From: Anolis carolinensis
Taxonomy: Eukaryota
DNA: 64,000 bases
NCBI RefSeq assembly: GCF_035594765.1
Contig: NC_085841.1
Span: 24,473,636-24,537,635 of the forward strand
Direction: 5' to 3'
Shown piece after piece: positions 39,419-52,757 of the stretch. Each line of letters opens with the position of its first letter. Position 1 is the stretch's first letter. The notes below the pieces were generated by a model. The model did not search any database. It was given only the letters and a program-made list of their open reading frames with translations, and was not told where the DNA came from. The translations under genes were made by a program, and so were the position numbers.

Positions 39419-39854
39419 CTAGCTGTACCCAGCCATGTGTTGCTGTGGCCCAGTCTAGTTCAATAGGAAAGAAAGGTTAGAGAACCGTGTTATTTTCCTG
39501 CTGGGAGAGGCCATAGGCCCCTCCCAGGGAGCAACCCCAGTGCCCCCTCCTCCCTATTATTGAAAATCTGGCTAACAGTATTTTAAAAACTCTAAAATTT
39601 GGACAGTAAATGAGGAACACCACTCAGAAAACAGAGGAATGAAACAATCAGGGCCAGCTAACACCTCCCAACAAAGGATTTCCCTAGGCAGGAAGAAGCC
39701 AGGCTTTAAAGCTACAAGGCTATTCAATGCTAATCAAGCTGGCCAATTGCAACATTCACACTTGCCTCAAGAAGAAAAGAGATCTTTCTCCCACCCTGGA
39801 CCTTCCACAGATCTTATATAATTATACTATAATAGAGTTATATATGGTATTATA

Positions 39855-39898
<44 letters not shown>

Positions 39899-40410
39899 TG
39901 ATACAATCATAACAATATAATAAGTAGTGGTATCTCTCGCTCACCTCACTGGGGTCCACAATAAGAATTTTCACTCTCAGTATCCCTCCTTTCCATGGCT
40001 AGTCCACACAGCCTCGGCTTCGTGTAACTTGCCAAGCCAAACTGAGTGGTGAGGAGGCAGGCCTAACCTTTTCTTGCGGCCCGACCTACGTTGGTTGCTA
40101 AAGGGAGGAGACTGCCTTGGCTGTTGCTAGCATTGTTGGTAAGTGGAGGAGCCATCTGCTACGATAGTTTCTAAGGAAGGAGAGGACTGCTTGGCTGTTG
40201 CTAAGGGAGGAGGAGAGTGATTGGCTGTTGCTAAGGGGCATGGTTTTACCTGTCTCAGGTGTGACAGGTTTATGATAGTAGGTATTTGAATACCTTAAAA
40301 CACTCACCAGTTTGAATGTTATCTTGTGCCCAAATTTAGTCGCAATCGGGGAAGTTGTTTGGGAGATATGAGGTCCCCACAAACTGACATTACATTTTTA
40401 TTTATATAGA
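39419..40410 (-). mobile_element. Non-autonomous Helitron with captured sequence
   Basis: Minus strand A|TCTATATAAATAAAA...GCCACAGCAACACATGGCTGGGTACAGCTAG|T: 5' TC, subterminal hairpin, 3' CTAG, AT target, no TSD. Confidence 0.8.
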
Positions 40411-40488
40411 TAGCTGAAGCATCTTCTGCACAGACCACAGTAAACACTGTACAACAGCTTCTTGTAAATGTCTAAAATGGCTACTAGG

Positions 40489-41202
40489 CAGAGCCGGCCC
40501 TGGGTATTTTTCAAGAGTAGGCGAACAGAATTTTGGCGCCCCCCAAACCAATCACTGCAAAATAAAAGCATTGGATAAGCAAAAATGTTGGATAATAAGG
40601 AGGGATTAAGGAAAAGCCTATTAAACATCAAATTACATTAAGATTTTACAAATTAAGCATCAAAACATCATGTTTTACAACAAATCAACAGAAAAAGCAG
40701 TTTAATACATGGTAATGTTATGTAGGAATTACTATATTTGCTAATTTAGCACCAAACATTGAACAGGGATATAGGGCAGTGTGGACTTAGATAACCCAGA
40801 TAGCCCCCGGTATTAAAAAAAACCCTCTAAAATCAGGACAATAAATAAAGAACAACACTCTGAAAACAGGAGAAATCCAGACATTCGTTCTCACCAGGAA
40901 GGCGTTTGGGGCTTTGGGAAAACCGCCGAACGCCTTCCTGGCGAGGCCTTCCTAGTGAGGCCTCGCCAGGAAGGCCTCGCCAGGAAGGTGTTCGGCAGCT
41001 TCTCTGCTCTGCAAAGCCCCGAACACCTTCCTGTTGAGAAGGAAGGTGTTCGGGGCTTTGTGGCGACCTCGGCTCCTTCCTTGCGGAGGGAGGCGTGGCA
41101 GTGGAGGCAGGCCGCAGGAGACAGGAGTTGCCTCGATGGCGCCCCCAACAAGATGGTGCCACAGGCAACTGCCTAGTTGGCCTGGTGGTTGAACCGCCTC
41201 TG
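40489..41202. mobile_element. Composite non-autonomous hAT element, long form
   Basis: CAGAG...CTCTG termini, perfect 8-bp TSD CTACTAGG; left part shared with 6994 and 49457. Confidence 0.88.
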
Positions 41203-41896
41203 CTACTAGGTGAAGTTCAGAAAACATTTACTGTTGTCAAATTTTTGAGACCCCTGCATTAAGCTAAATGAGTTGATCCCATTTGACATAGAGAAGAAGA
41301 AGTGCACTGCATGAATCTGACAGTCCCTTCCAACTCTCTGTTTCCTGGGTAGTTGTGGATATTGGCGACATCCCGCTTGATAACTACAATAGTGACAATA
41401 AACTCTGCATTGGGCAACAAAAGGTCACAACTTTATTTGGTTATAGTTTATCAGGATTGGCTCACCAAATGGGTCAAGGATCTCCACCTGCTGGCCTGCT
41501 TGCCCATTGGGAATGGTACAATTTACCCTTAGACAACTGCGGTGACATTCCAGCTTCAGTCTTTCCCAGGGTATACCCAGATATTATGCAGTGTGACTAC
41601 ACTGGCAGGGTGAAACTGGCTGCACTGCATCTGTTGGCCGGGGTTCCCTCATTTGGGATCCGTTTTCAACTTTCAGTGTCCATTTTCACTGGTGAATCAT
41701 GCCAACTGCTTTGAAGTTGGGTGCAGCTGCAGCCATTTCTATGAAAATTGGTCTACTGAAGATCACTGCTTAAATTTGGCTTTCTTGTGAATCAGCCCAA
41801 ACTGGCCTGTGTTGGTTTTGGATGAAGGATTCGTTCAAATCCAAATCTTCCTCCTCCCCAAGATCTCTGCTTAGCCTGCAATAAAGCACCCCAAAT

Positions 41897-42525
41897 GAAT
41901 CATAGAATCATAAAATCGTAGAGTTGGAAGAGACCTCGCGGGCCATCCAGTCCAACCCCCTGCAAGAAACAGGAAAATCTTTCAAAGCACCCCCGACAGG
42001 TGGCCATTCAGCCTCTGCTTAAAAGCCTCCAAAGAAGGAGCCTCCACCACTGTCCAGGGGAGAGAGTTCCACTGCCGAACAGCCCTCACAGTGAGGAAGT
42101 TTTTCTTGATTTTCAGGTGGAATCTCCTTTCTTTTAGTTTGAAGCCATTGTTCCGCATCCTAGTCTGCAGGGCAACAGCAAACAAGCTTGCTCCCTCCTC
42201 CCTATGACTTCCTTTCACATATTTGTACATGGCTGTCACGTCTCCTTTCAGCCTTCTCTTCTGCAGGCTAACCATGCCCAGCTCTTTAAGCCACTCCTCA
42301 TAGGGCTTGTTCTCCAGACCCTTGATCAGTTTAGTCACCCTCCTCTGGACACTTTCCAGCTTGTCAACATCTCCCTTCAACTGTGGTGCCCAGAATTGGA
42401 CACAGTATTCCAGGTGTGGTCTGACCAAGGCAGAATAGAGGGGTAGCATGACTTCCCTGGATCTAGATGCTATACCCCTATTTATGCAAGCCAAAATCCC
42501 ATTGGCTTTTTTCACTGCCGCATCG
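41897..42525 (-). mobile_element. Young 5'-truncated CR1 LINE
   Basis: ORF 41982-42545 [13 protein letters not shown]...[19 protein letters not shown]...; (ATTCTATG)n tail. Confidence 0.93.
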
Positions 42526-44014
42526 TTTCTTGGATCATGTAACACATCGAAAAATCTAATTGATTAATCTAGTAACTGTCGCTCTCATCACAGACATCTA
42601 TAGATATCTTTGATAGGGATGGATGGGTATTAACTGCAGGAAAGCCAGTCTGATGAGTCACAAACTTAGGTATCATTAGCTTAACTTTGTACTAAGAAAA
42701 CGAAGGCTCATTTTACCTTGGCATTATATCTGTGGTGCCTTTTCCATTGATCTGTTGGGCCCTGTGCCTGGGAAAGGAGAGAGCGAGAGCTTTTGCCAGC
42801 CAATTCATCTTCTCTTTGGTCTTAGCTACCTTTGGAGAGCTTCCAGCTATTTATTTCCCAAATGGGGGTAGGGGTATGCGTGCTGCTGTTGCGAGCCTGG
42901 AAAAACTCTTGCTTTAAATAGGATCACATCATTAGCATCCTTATAATATACCTGTATGGCAGCCAGTTCTTATGAGAATTACTTTTTGGACTACAGTTCC
43001 CAGGCTACAGGACTCTGGAGCACTGCAATCCAACAAATAACTTTATTTCAAGCTCTCACAATAGCAATGAACATAGAAAGTAAAGGATTTGCTCTAAAGT
43101 TTAAGGGCACTGTGCAAATCTTCATTAATGTCCTTCCTTCCATTTCATATTTGCTTTGCATCAGCAAACGTAACACATGCCCATGCTTTTTCAGTGCCAT
43201 GCTGATTTTTGAGTGAAAGAAGGACACACACTTTGGCAGTTTTAATAATATCATAGTAAATTGTGAATCCAGCAATGTTTGATTTAATGTGTAATTGCGC
43301 GAAGGACAGAACAACCCTCGGGGAAGCAGTCAGCCTGGGACATTTCCACCGAATAGAGTTCAGCCATTTCTTGGTAGTTTTAAATGTCCTTTTTTAAAAT
43401 AAAAAAAAAATGATGGTACACAGACAATATAAAATCAAACTCAAATACAGGAGTCAGGGGAAAACTTTTAATAAAACTTAGACTTCACAAAAGTTTAGAA
43501 GGAGAAAAGCAGTATTTTTTTCTAAGATCGAGAATATTATGCCAAGCTCTAGTCTTGACAAGGACAAAAGTTGATGGATCTTTCTTCCTTTTCTTTTTTC
43601 TTTTCTTTTCTTTTCTTTCGCCCACCAGTTTCATTAAGTCTTCAGTATAGCTAACCAATTGGTTGGATTTAGGATGGGCAACTTGTGCCCCATCAGGTGT
43701 TGTTTGAGGTCTTCTCTCATCAGTCCTAATCCAGGTAGATAATGGTTAAGCATGATAGGAACTGTAGTGCCGCAACATTGGAAGGGCCAGCGGTTCCCCA
43801 GTCTTAGCCTAGCCAGATTAAAATATTTAGCATGACTAAAAGGTATCCCTGATTTATCTGGCAACAGACTTCATCTTTTAAAAAAGTTTTAAAAAACTAA
43901 AAGCCAAATGGATGAATGATTTTGTAAGGAACATTTATTCCAATGTGAGACTAGAAGGTATCTCATCTGAGTCCTCCCTTGGGGATGAGAAGGGTGGGAT
44001 ATAAATGCTTGTAA

Positions 44015-44061
<47 letters not shown>

Positions 44062-44721
44062 ATCTAAAAAGAAGACTCCTGTAAGACATATATGCTTCAT
44101 GCAAAATAAAAAAGGTGCTTTACCCTTTAGCCCTCTATTTGTAATGTGAAATTGCATTGACTGATTGTTCAATTACTCCACAGGAACTTAGCAATTAATC
44201 AACCAAGGTTACAACCATGAATTCAGCAACATATACTCCTGTTAACAAAGCCTTCCTGCAAAGTCCTTTTATAACCACCAAGCCCTGCTTTTCCTTCTAG
44301 CCCTTTGTCTAGCAGGAAGTTTTTTTTAGCAGCATCAGCATCTAGAGGATAGTGGAGGAGAAAGGATGGAAAAATACATAATTTTGGTGTCACACTGCAG
44401 CAATATATCTGTGATAAGTCCTGCAATAAAGCTGTGAAAGAATGGGATTCTACTCTAACTGATCCCACTGTAGTTGTGTGCCTGCTTACAATAGACAAGA
44501 TAAATAGCAGTAGCCTCCAGAATCCCTTAGGAGCATGTACAGACATCAAAAGAGAGAGAAAGGGGGAGAGCAGATAAACCTGCCTCACCAGCTACTCCCA
44601 TCAAGTAAAAGAACAAAACAAAAAACAAAACATTTATTAGATCTATACACTTGGCCACCAAAATTGAAATCATACGTCATGCCTAGATACGTTTTGGAAG
44701 AAGTTCTCAATTTGTATCTAG

Positions 44722-44753
<32 letters not shown>

Positions 44754-44796
44754 AAACAACAACAACAACAACAACAACAAAAACAACAACAACAAC
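44722..44796. repeat. (CAA)n microsatellite
   Basis: Direct observation; others: (GT)n 19781-19817, (AAAT)n 44014-44063, (ATT)n 50966-51009, (AG)n 52073-52112. Confidence 0.95.
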
Positions 44797-45751
44797 GTGA
44801 TCGTCATCCTCTTACTCTCCTCTTCCCACGGATCAAAATGCTTTTGTATACTTATGCAAGGTTTACTTGATCTGGTTGTTTCATTTCTCATGTGCATAGA
44901 AGGCCCCCATATTACAATGAGAGATTCATTCCAGGATCCTTAGTACAATATGATTTTCACAAATCTGGAACCCTATTTTTCTTAACTGAAATGAATAATG
45001 CTTAGGCATTGCTAAGTCCTCCTAATTCTATGGGATTCGTAGGTCTTCTTGTATAAATGAAACCATGTTCAATGAGCTCACATAACTAGCCCTACTGTAT
45101 TGTTAATTTTGGATAAAGCCCTGTTTCCCCCAAAATAAGACAGTGTCTTATATTATTTTTTGCTCCAAAAGATGCTTTAGAGCTTGTTTTCTGGGGCTGT
45201 CTTATTTTTCCAAATTGACTTTTAAATGAACTATAGGGCTCATTTTTGAAATAGGGCTTATATTTCGAGCATCCTCAGAAATGCTGAAAAATCTTCTTTT
45301 CGGGGTAGAATCATAGATCATAGAATCAGAGAGTTGGAAGACACCTCATGGGCCAGCCAGTCCAACCCCCTGCCAAGAAGCAGGAGGATGACATTAAAAG
45401 CACCCCCGACAGATGGCCATTCAGCCTCTGCTTAGAAACCTCCAAAGAAGGAGCCTCAACCACACTCTGGGGCAGAGAGTTCCACTGCCGAACAGCTCTC
45501 ACAGTGAGGAAGTTCTTCCTAATGTTCAGGTGGAATCTCCTTTCATGTAGTTTGAAGCCATTGTTCCACGTCTTATTCTCCAGGGCAGCAGAAAACAAGC
45601 TTGCTCCCTCCTCCCTATGACTTCCCCTCACATATTTGTACATGGCTATCATGTCTCCTCTCAGCCTTTTCTTCTGCAGGCTAAACATGCCCAGCTCTTT
45701 AAGCCACTCCTCGTAGGGCCTGTTCTCCAGACCCTTGATCATTTTAGTTGC

Positions 45752-46609
45752 TGTCAGGACCCAGGCTGCAGAGCACCAATAACCATGCGCAGAGACCAGA
45801 TTCTATCTAATATCTTTATTAAAGAATTATATAAAGTCAATAAAAACAAGTGAAGAATATAGTTCAGAAGCAGACCTTTCAGGAAAGGCCAAATATAGTC
45901 CAGGAAAATATTGTCCAATATAAGATATTAGAGTTCAAAGTTATAATCCATTAACCGAAACACACACTTTGCCAAGCAATAGTGTGGGGAGATGACAAGG
46001 TCTTTTAGTCCATTGAAGCTTGACAACAAGGCTGGATCATGAGCTTGATTCTTGGCTGGATCAAAGACTTGAAACGTGGCAACTTGAAGCATGAAACAAG
46101 GTCCGTGGCAAAACGTGAGACAAGGCAAGACTTGAAACTAGATCCGGGAAGCAGGGAACAAGGAGTACGAAGTCCACACACGATCTCTCTCTCCAGCTGA
46201 TCAATTGACTCCGCAAGGTTCCCCTTGCGGCAAAACCCCTATATAGGGTCTTGTTTTCCCGCCAACAGAACACTTTCCCTGGAGAACAAGAAGCGAAACC
46301 CAACTCTGTCCAGATGCATGACTCCTTAGAATTTCCCAAGGGAAGCAGACTTAATCAGCTAGTTGTTTGGCAGCGATTCTGAGACTCCGGCGATTAGCCT
46401 CCCTGACTCCTCTATCTCTATTATAATTGTCCTTTCGGGAAAACGGGGGAGAATTCTGCTCAAAGCTTGTTTGGGTAACTTCCTGAGGACAAACATCCTC
46501 CAGGTGGAGAGGCTCCGTTTCAAACTGAACCGGTGGAAATCCCATGTTTTCCTCCTCGTCTGCCACAATAGCACTAGGAACGGGACTACAAGGCCCATGA
46601 GACATCACA
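45752..46609 (-). mobile_element. Gypsy solo LTR (858 bp)
   Basis: TG...CA termini, perfect 5-bp TSD GTTGC (45747-45751 and 46610-46614), homologous to the LTR at 380-1351. Confidence 0.93.
46351..46605 (-). CDS. U3-encoded reading frame (84 aa), homologous to 1057-1347
   Basis: MSHGPCSP...DEEENMGF...[13 protein letters not shown]. Confidence 0.6.
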   Translation of the reverse strand: MSHGPCSPVPSAIVADEEENMGFPPVQFETEPLHLEDVCPQEVTQTSFEQNSPPFSRKDNYNRDRGVREANRRSLRIAAKQLAD

Positions 46610-48626
46610 GTTGCCCTCCTCTGGACACTTTCCAGCTTATCAACATCTCCCTTCAATTGCGGTGCCCAAAATTGGACACAGTATTCCAGGTGTGGTCTGA
46701 CCAAGGCAGAATAGAGGGGGAGCCTGATTTCCCTGGATCTAGATGCTATACTCCTATTTATGCAGGCCAGAATCCCATTGGCCTTTTTAGCTGCCGCATC
46801 ACATTGTTGGCTCATGTTTAACTTATTGTCCATGAGGACTCCAAGATCTTTTTCACACATACTGCTGTTGAGCCAGGCGTCCCCCATTCTTTATCTTTGT
46901 ATTTCATTTTTTCTGCCTAAGTGAAATATCTTGCATTTGTCCCTGTTGAACTTCATTTTGTTAGTTTTGACCCATCTCTCGAATCTGTTAAGATTGTTTT
47001 GGATTCTGCTCCTGTCTTCTGGAGTATTGGTTATCCCTCCCAGTTTGGTGTCATCTGCAAACTTGATGATCGTGTCTTCTTGCCCTTCATCTAAGTCATT
47101 AATAAAGATGTTGAACAGAACTGGGCCCAGGACGGAACCCTGCGGAACTGGGCCCAGGACGGAACCTTTCTAGGATGAAGAAGACTCATTGATGAGCACT
47201 CTTTGGGTTCGTTCACTTAGCCAATTACAGATCCACCTAACTGTAGTTTTGCCTAGCCCATATTTGACTAGCTTGTTTGCAAGGTCATGCGGGACCTTGT
47301 CAAATCCAGATACGCTACATCCACGGCATTCCCCGTATCTACCCAGCTTGTAACTCTATTAGTCTGGTATGATTTGTTTTTTTATAAATCCATGTTGACT
47401 ATTAGAGATGACAGCATTTGTTTCTAAGTGTTTGCAGATCACTTCCTTAATTATCTTTTCCAGAATTTTGCCTGGTATTGATGTGAGGCTGACTGGACGG
47501 TAATTGTTTGGGTCATTCTTTTTTCCCTTCTTGAAGATAGGGACCACATTTGCCCTCCTCCAATCTGCTGGGACTTCTCCCGTTCTCCAAGAACTCTCAA
47601 AGATGATTGCCAGTCATTCCAAAATAACTTCTAGTTCCTTCAATACTCTTGGATGTAGTGGATCCGACCCTGGGGACTTGAATTTGTTTAGAGCGACCAG
47701 GTGTTTCTGGGTAGGTTTTATTTTGGGGAAAACAGGGATGGTTTATTGAAACATGTTGGACTGCTCTTTTTTGTGGTGACAGAACCTATCTCTATTCTTT
47801 TTATGTATTTTTACCTCTGAACTTTCTGTTAAAGGGTTAATGCCCAGAAACACATCTTCTTCAATGAGTCAGGTACAATGAATACAGTAGGGTTTTGTCC
47901 AAGTAAACATGTATAGCAGTGCATAGGTCAAGCCATTCTTCTGTTACTGAATTACTTTACTGAGTTACTTTCATTTTTTAAAAGTTATAGTTTGCTTTAA
48001 GAACATCTAGACATGAGCGAAGTAATCTAAGCATCAAGAGCATACCTTCTGTCCTTCTGTGCTTTGGAAGATGATGATTTATTTTATTTTTTTTAGAAGT
48101 AGGACTATATATACTGGAATTCCTGAGTAGCAGAATTTATGCTTTAGAAAAACAATAAAGATATTAAAGGAATTGGTGGTCTGGATTTCCAGGAATCCTC
48201 TCAAACTATATATGCAAAGGAGAAATCATTGTGGTTGAGATGCCTTGGTTATTGATGTTGGCAAAGAAAGATATTCTTATCTCCTCTATTTCACCTTGGT
48301 TGGTTCAGTTTTTAGTGAAATTGCCTGAAGTGGATTTTGTATTTTTTAATGAAAAACAATGAAAAGCAGTTCATCATCATATTTTAATTTATTAAACTAA
48401 GGCTGAAATCCTGTGCACAGTTTCCTGAGATCATGTGCCACGGAACTCAATGAGACATTTGCAGGGGATAGTTCCAGTTAATCCTTCATTGGATTGCCGT
48501 GAGTTTTCCAGGCTGTATGGCCATGTTCCAGAAGCATTCTCTCCAACGGCAAGACCAGATCTCCCAATTTAGGAGGGACAAACCTGATAAATCTATGTGA
48601 TCCCACTTTAAAAATGTCCTCGTTTC

Positions 48627-48881
48627 GGACTCCAGAGAAACGAAATGAAACAAGGAAAAGATTGAAGAATGAAAAGGAAGGGAATCTCCAGGAAGATGCC
48701 CAGAAGTCCAATTTATTTTATATATATTCTCTATTCTCTTTTTTCTTTCTTTTTTCTTTCTTTTTTCTTTTTTTTTCTTCTTTCTTCTTTTTCCTATTCT
48801 ATCTCACTATTAATCATGCTTATTATCTTATATCTATATTTTAATATGTAAATGGAAAATTTAATAAAGATTATTTTAAAA
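48627..48881 (+). mobile_element. L1-type retroposed 3' end
   Basis: 17-bp TSD AAAAATGTCCTCGTTTC, TT|AAAA target, AATAAA plus A-tail. Confidence 0.75.
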
Positions 48882-49279
48882 AAAAATGTCCTCGTTTCTC
48901 TTTACTCCTCTCCCACTTCCCCTCTTTGCCCTGAGCTTGCTTCAGTTGCTGCAAACTGATTTCAAATTGCAAAAGTAGCAGGGCAAAATCCTTCTCTTCC
49001 CAGTAGCCTCAAGCAAAAGCAAACCACTACAACCTCTCCTTGCTTACTTGTCCTTCTTCACAAATAACTTTTTCCATCTTGGGAATTCTCTGACATTGCT
49101 TGGAGACAAGTGTGTTGGTTTTCATTTGTGAAATATTGGAATTTATGAAACTATAGTGATTCTTCCAAAACAGGCAACCTTTCCACATGTATTTTGAGGT
49201 GATACAATCCTATGACTGCAGTATATTCTAATGAGACCAAAAATCTTTCATTTGCTTTGAGTCCACGTCTCCTTCTATG

Positions 49280-50075
49280 AACCTGTGCGGGCCCTGGGAT
49301 CTGTTGGGGAGGCCCTTCTCTCACCTCCACCACTGTCACAGGTAGAGTTGGTGGGGACAAGAGAGAGGACCTTCTTGGTGGTGGCTCCCCGGCTCTGGAA
49401 TGCCCTCTCTAGAGAGATTAGGTTAGCCCCAACTCTCCAAGCCTTTTGGTCTAGTCCAGAGCCGGCCCTAGGTATTTTTCAAGTGTAGGCGAACAGAATT
49501 TTGGCGCCCCCCCCCAAACCAATCACTGAAAAATAAAAGCGTTGGATAAGCAAAAATGTTGTATAATAAGGAGGGATTAAGGAAAAGCCTATTAAACATC
49601 AAATTACTTTAAGATTTTACAAATTAAGCACCAAAACATAATGTTTTACAACAAATCAACAGAAAAAGCAGTCTCGACTGCACCCCCGTATGTTTTGCAC
49701 CCGAAGCGACCACTTAATTTGCCTCATTGTTGGACTGGCTCTGGTCTAGCCTAAAAACATGGCTTTTTAAATAGTCCTTTGACCTAGAGTAGTCCACTAT
49801 GGTTATATGTGACAATGACCATTTGTTACTTCAGCACTTTATTTCATTACTTGAAGAAGCCTAGTTACCCTCGGGTATTACTGCTTTTTATACATTTAAT
49901 TTTTATCATTTGATGTGGTCCTTTGTTTTGTATTCAGTCAATTTTTCATATTGTTTTTATGCTATGTAATTCTATTTTGTGTGTGGCACCTTGGAGTACT
50001 TTTGTGAGCCACCACAAATCCCTTCAGGGAGATGGTGGCGGGGTATAAATAAAGTTTATTATTATTTATTATTGT
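49280..50075 (+). mobile_element. L2 LINE 3' end with a nested hAT element
   Basis: TRERTFLVVAPRLWNALSREIRLAPTLQAF...LKTWLF, L2 tail. Confidence 0.8.
49457..49743. mobile_element. Non-autonomous hAT element, short form
   Basis: TSD GTCTAGTC/GTCTAGCC; near-identical to 6994-7270. Confidence 0.88.
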
Positions 50076-50357
50076 TATCAATATTCTTTTATATAGAAAG
50101 TAAATGCTTTATATGTAACTACAGTTTTAAACAGCATAGAATGATGTTTAGTTTCTTATTAAATGGTATCTAATTAAAATAATGACATTTTTGGGCTAAA
50201 GTTTTAATTGCTGTTTTCATATGTGGGGTTTTTCTGGGATTCTATGTTGGTATTTGTCAGTTTTTGTGAAGGCATTGAATGTTTCCATTATATGCCCTGA
50301 GTCCCTTTGGGGAGATAGGACAGAATAGAAATAAAGTTTATTATTATTATTTTATTT

Positions 50358-50650
50358 TATGACACAGCAAACAAGATAGATATGCTGGATTTCCTATCAC
50401 AAAATCACAAGTCAAACACTTCCCAAGTGTCTAGGACTGTGTGATGTATTTTCGGATGATGTGCGCAGATCCCAGCAGGGTGGCCTTTTGCAGTTGGCAG
50501 ATCATAATTTTGTCAATGTCTGTTGTTTCCAAATGCCGGCTGAGATCTTTTGGCATGGCACCCAATGTGCCAATCACCACCTGCACTGGTTTCTGCCAGA
50601 GTCTTTGAAGTTCAATCTTGAGGTCCTGATAGCGGCTGAATTTTTCCTTG
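50358..50650 (-). mobile_element. R4/Dong 3' fragment
   Basis: Reverse complement of the 52970-53262 region; 3' end abuts (TAA)n. Confidence 0.8.
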
Positions 50651-50964
50651 CCATGGTGGTGGTGGGGGGCTTAACCATTCCGATGACGCTGAGAGCTGTG
50701 TTGGTGGTAGTGTAACTACCAGCAGGTCCAACCAAGCCAGAGAGGTCTCAGCTGAGGAATGGAACCAAGAGCACCTAACCCATTAGCATTATGGAGAATC
50801 AAACCAAAACAAAGTCTATACTGGCTCAGTCGTTGCCCAGGATAAAAAGGACCACAGTGGATGCTGCTGATTCTGGACATCTATCGACATGTGGGCTACG
50901 GAATCAAAATACAAATGAACAGTCACAGAAGTGACAGAAATATACAATGCCAGAAAACCACACA

Positions 50965-51009
<45 letters not shown>

Positions 51010-52069
51010 TACTATTAAGTTCTTACGTATGCTGACTTTCTTCAAGAAGTTAAGAAAGAAGACCTCAAGTCGAAACAAAAAGTCCAGCACTCTGTTAATA
51101 AAATGAAGACAGATTTAAACATCATGGGAAAACAATCCTCCATACATAACAGCAGCGGACACAAAAGTTTTGAACAGTTGAAAAGAAATGTTTCTTCAAA
51201 TGCAGCCATAGGTTGGAAGAGCACATGTGTAAAGCATCCTGCTCAATCTGTAATTGTCATTATGTGTTATAGTTGCCGTTGTAAATCTTTGCTTTAGAAT
51301 TCAGACTTCTTGATCCACGGGTGTTAAAAAAAAGCAGAGAACGGGATTAAAAGCCAACACAAAAATAAAGAGAAAACACAAGGATGGCAACTGCAATCTT
51401 TTTCTTTAAAAAGTTGTAGAAACAGAACAGCTTCTGTTTGCTGCATGCCCTTCGAAGCTCTGTTTTTCATCCCAGACATTGAAGAATTAAAATTATAAGA
51501 TCACTTAAAATATTCTAGATACTTTGGACAGGAAAAAAAGATCCTAGCTTTATTCAAGTATTTTGTTTATTCTGTTTCTCCATCAAGCCACTATTATTCC
51601 TTTTTATTAATATGTAGGTATTAAAAAGTTCATTTGGACAACCGATGATCTATGGTTCCAGATGTGGGTGTTTTTTTTAAATAATAAAAAACTTATTTCT
51701 GTTCAAGGTTTTCCTCTAAAGAATTTCTTGAGCCTCTGATATGATCAATGAATACAACTAAAAGGCCTAGGATTGGGTGTATGAGAGATGCCTTTGACAC
51801 AATAGGGTCAGGAATGTTAAAGACACATTGTTTGATGGCAATTTGGCAGAACGGCTAAAACACAATGCAGGAACTGCAGGGCTTACGTCTTTCGAAAGAA
51901 ATAGGAAAGCATTGCTTTGGTAAAATATGACTTGATGTCAGGTATATGAGTTAGTTGCCTTAACATGGCAGATAATGAATCTTGCCATTCCACTGAAATT
52001 TGGAAAGGGTTTCCTTGGCCCACTTGCAGCCCTATTTGAAATGTGGGAGGCATTCTTTCACTACTTTCT

Positions 52070-52118
<49 letters not shown>

Positions 52119-52757
52119 AGGGTGAGACTCCAGTTACCAGTGGAATAGTTCCCTTTTTAAGTGTGTGATTTCAGGTATTTTTTCTGAAATTTTGTACTGA
52201 TAATATTGCTGAAGCATTCAAATACTACTGTTGTGTGAAATGCTTGGATTTAAATTCCTTGATCCCAACAATGCAAAAAGATATGAATGCAGGGAAAAAC
52301 CTATGTAAGCTCAAACCCAAGGCCTGCCTCAACCAGCTGTCTACTCCAACTGTGGTTGATTTGATGCCTTTGACAAACTGGTAGCAAGGACATGAATGTA
52401 ATAGCACCTCTATATGCATTTCTACTCTCTTTCTGATTGCCACTTTAGGATCACTTCAGGTCCTAAAGTTTCTAAACCAAAACCTGAGCCCTAAATATGA
52501 TATCTAGTGATGTCATTCAGCATAGCTTTCAGTATCAACCACAGCTGCTCACAATTTGCCATTCACATAAATGCAGAAAGAACATAGAAATAACACATTT
52601 TTGGTCAAATCTTATCCAAAGAGATGGTTCCCAGTTCAAAATGAGGGTATTATTTTTTTCTCACTTAGGGCCCATCCCCACAGCCATATAATGTGAGTGA
52701 AACAGGCATAAATACTAGTTCTGAGCAGCATGGGAGAAAAAGCAGGGCATAACCTCA

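Larger units (their letters stand above)
45309..47708 (-). mobile_element. CR1 LINE (partial RT to 3' end, internally deleted) interrupted by a solo LTR
   Basis: VPIFKKGKKNDPNNYRPVSLTSIPGKILEKII, KFADDTKLGG and C-terminal CR1 motifs; (ATTCTATG)-like tail. Confidence 0.93.
45119..47737. mobile_element. Small TIR MITE split by a CR1 (outer layer of a nest)
   Basis: CCCTGTTT.CCCCAAAATAA at 45119 and its inverted copy ending at 47737; GGGTAG duplicated at both CR1 junctions. Confidence 0.7.

Noticed and set aside
41355-42545. Possible further solo LTR split by the CR1 (TG start, AATAAA near 41880, TGTAACA end)
   Set aside because: No matching TSD and no similarity to the other LTRs; left unassigned.
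44535-44870. Poly-Q ORF
   Set aside because: Translation of a (CAA)n microsatellite.
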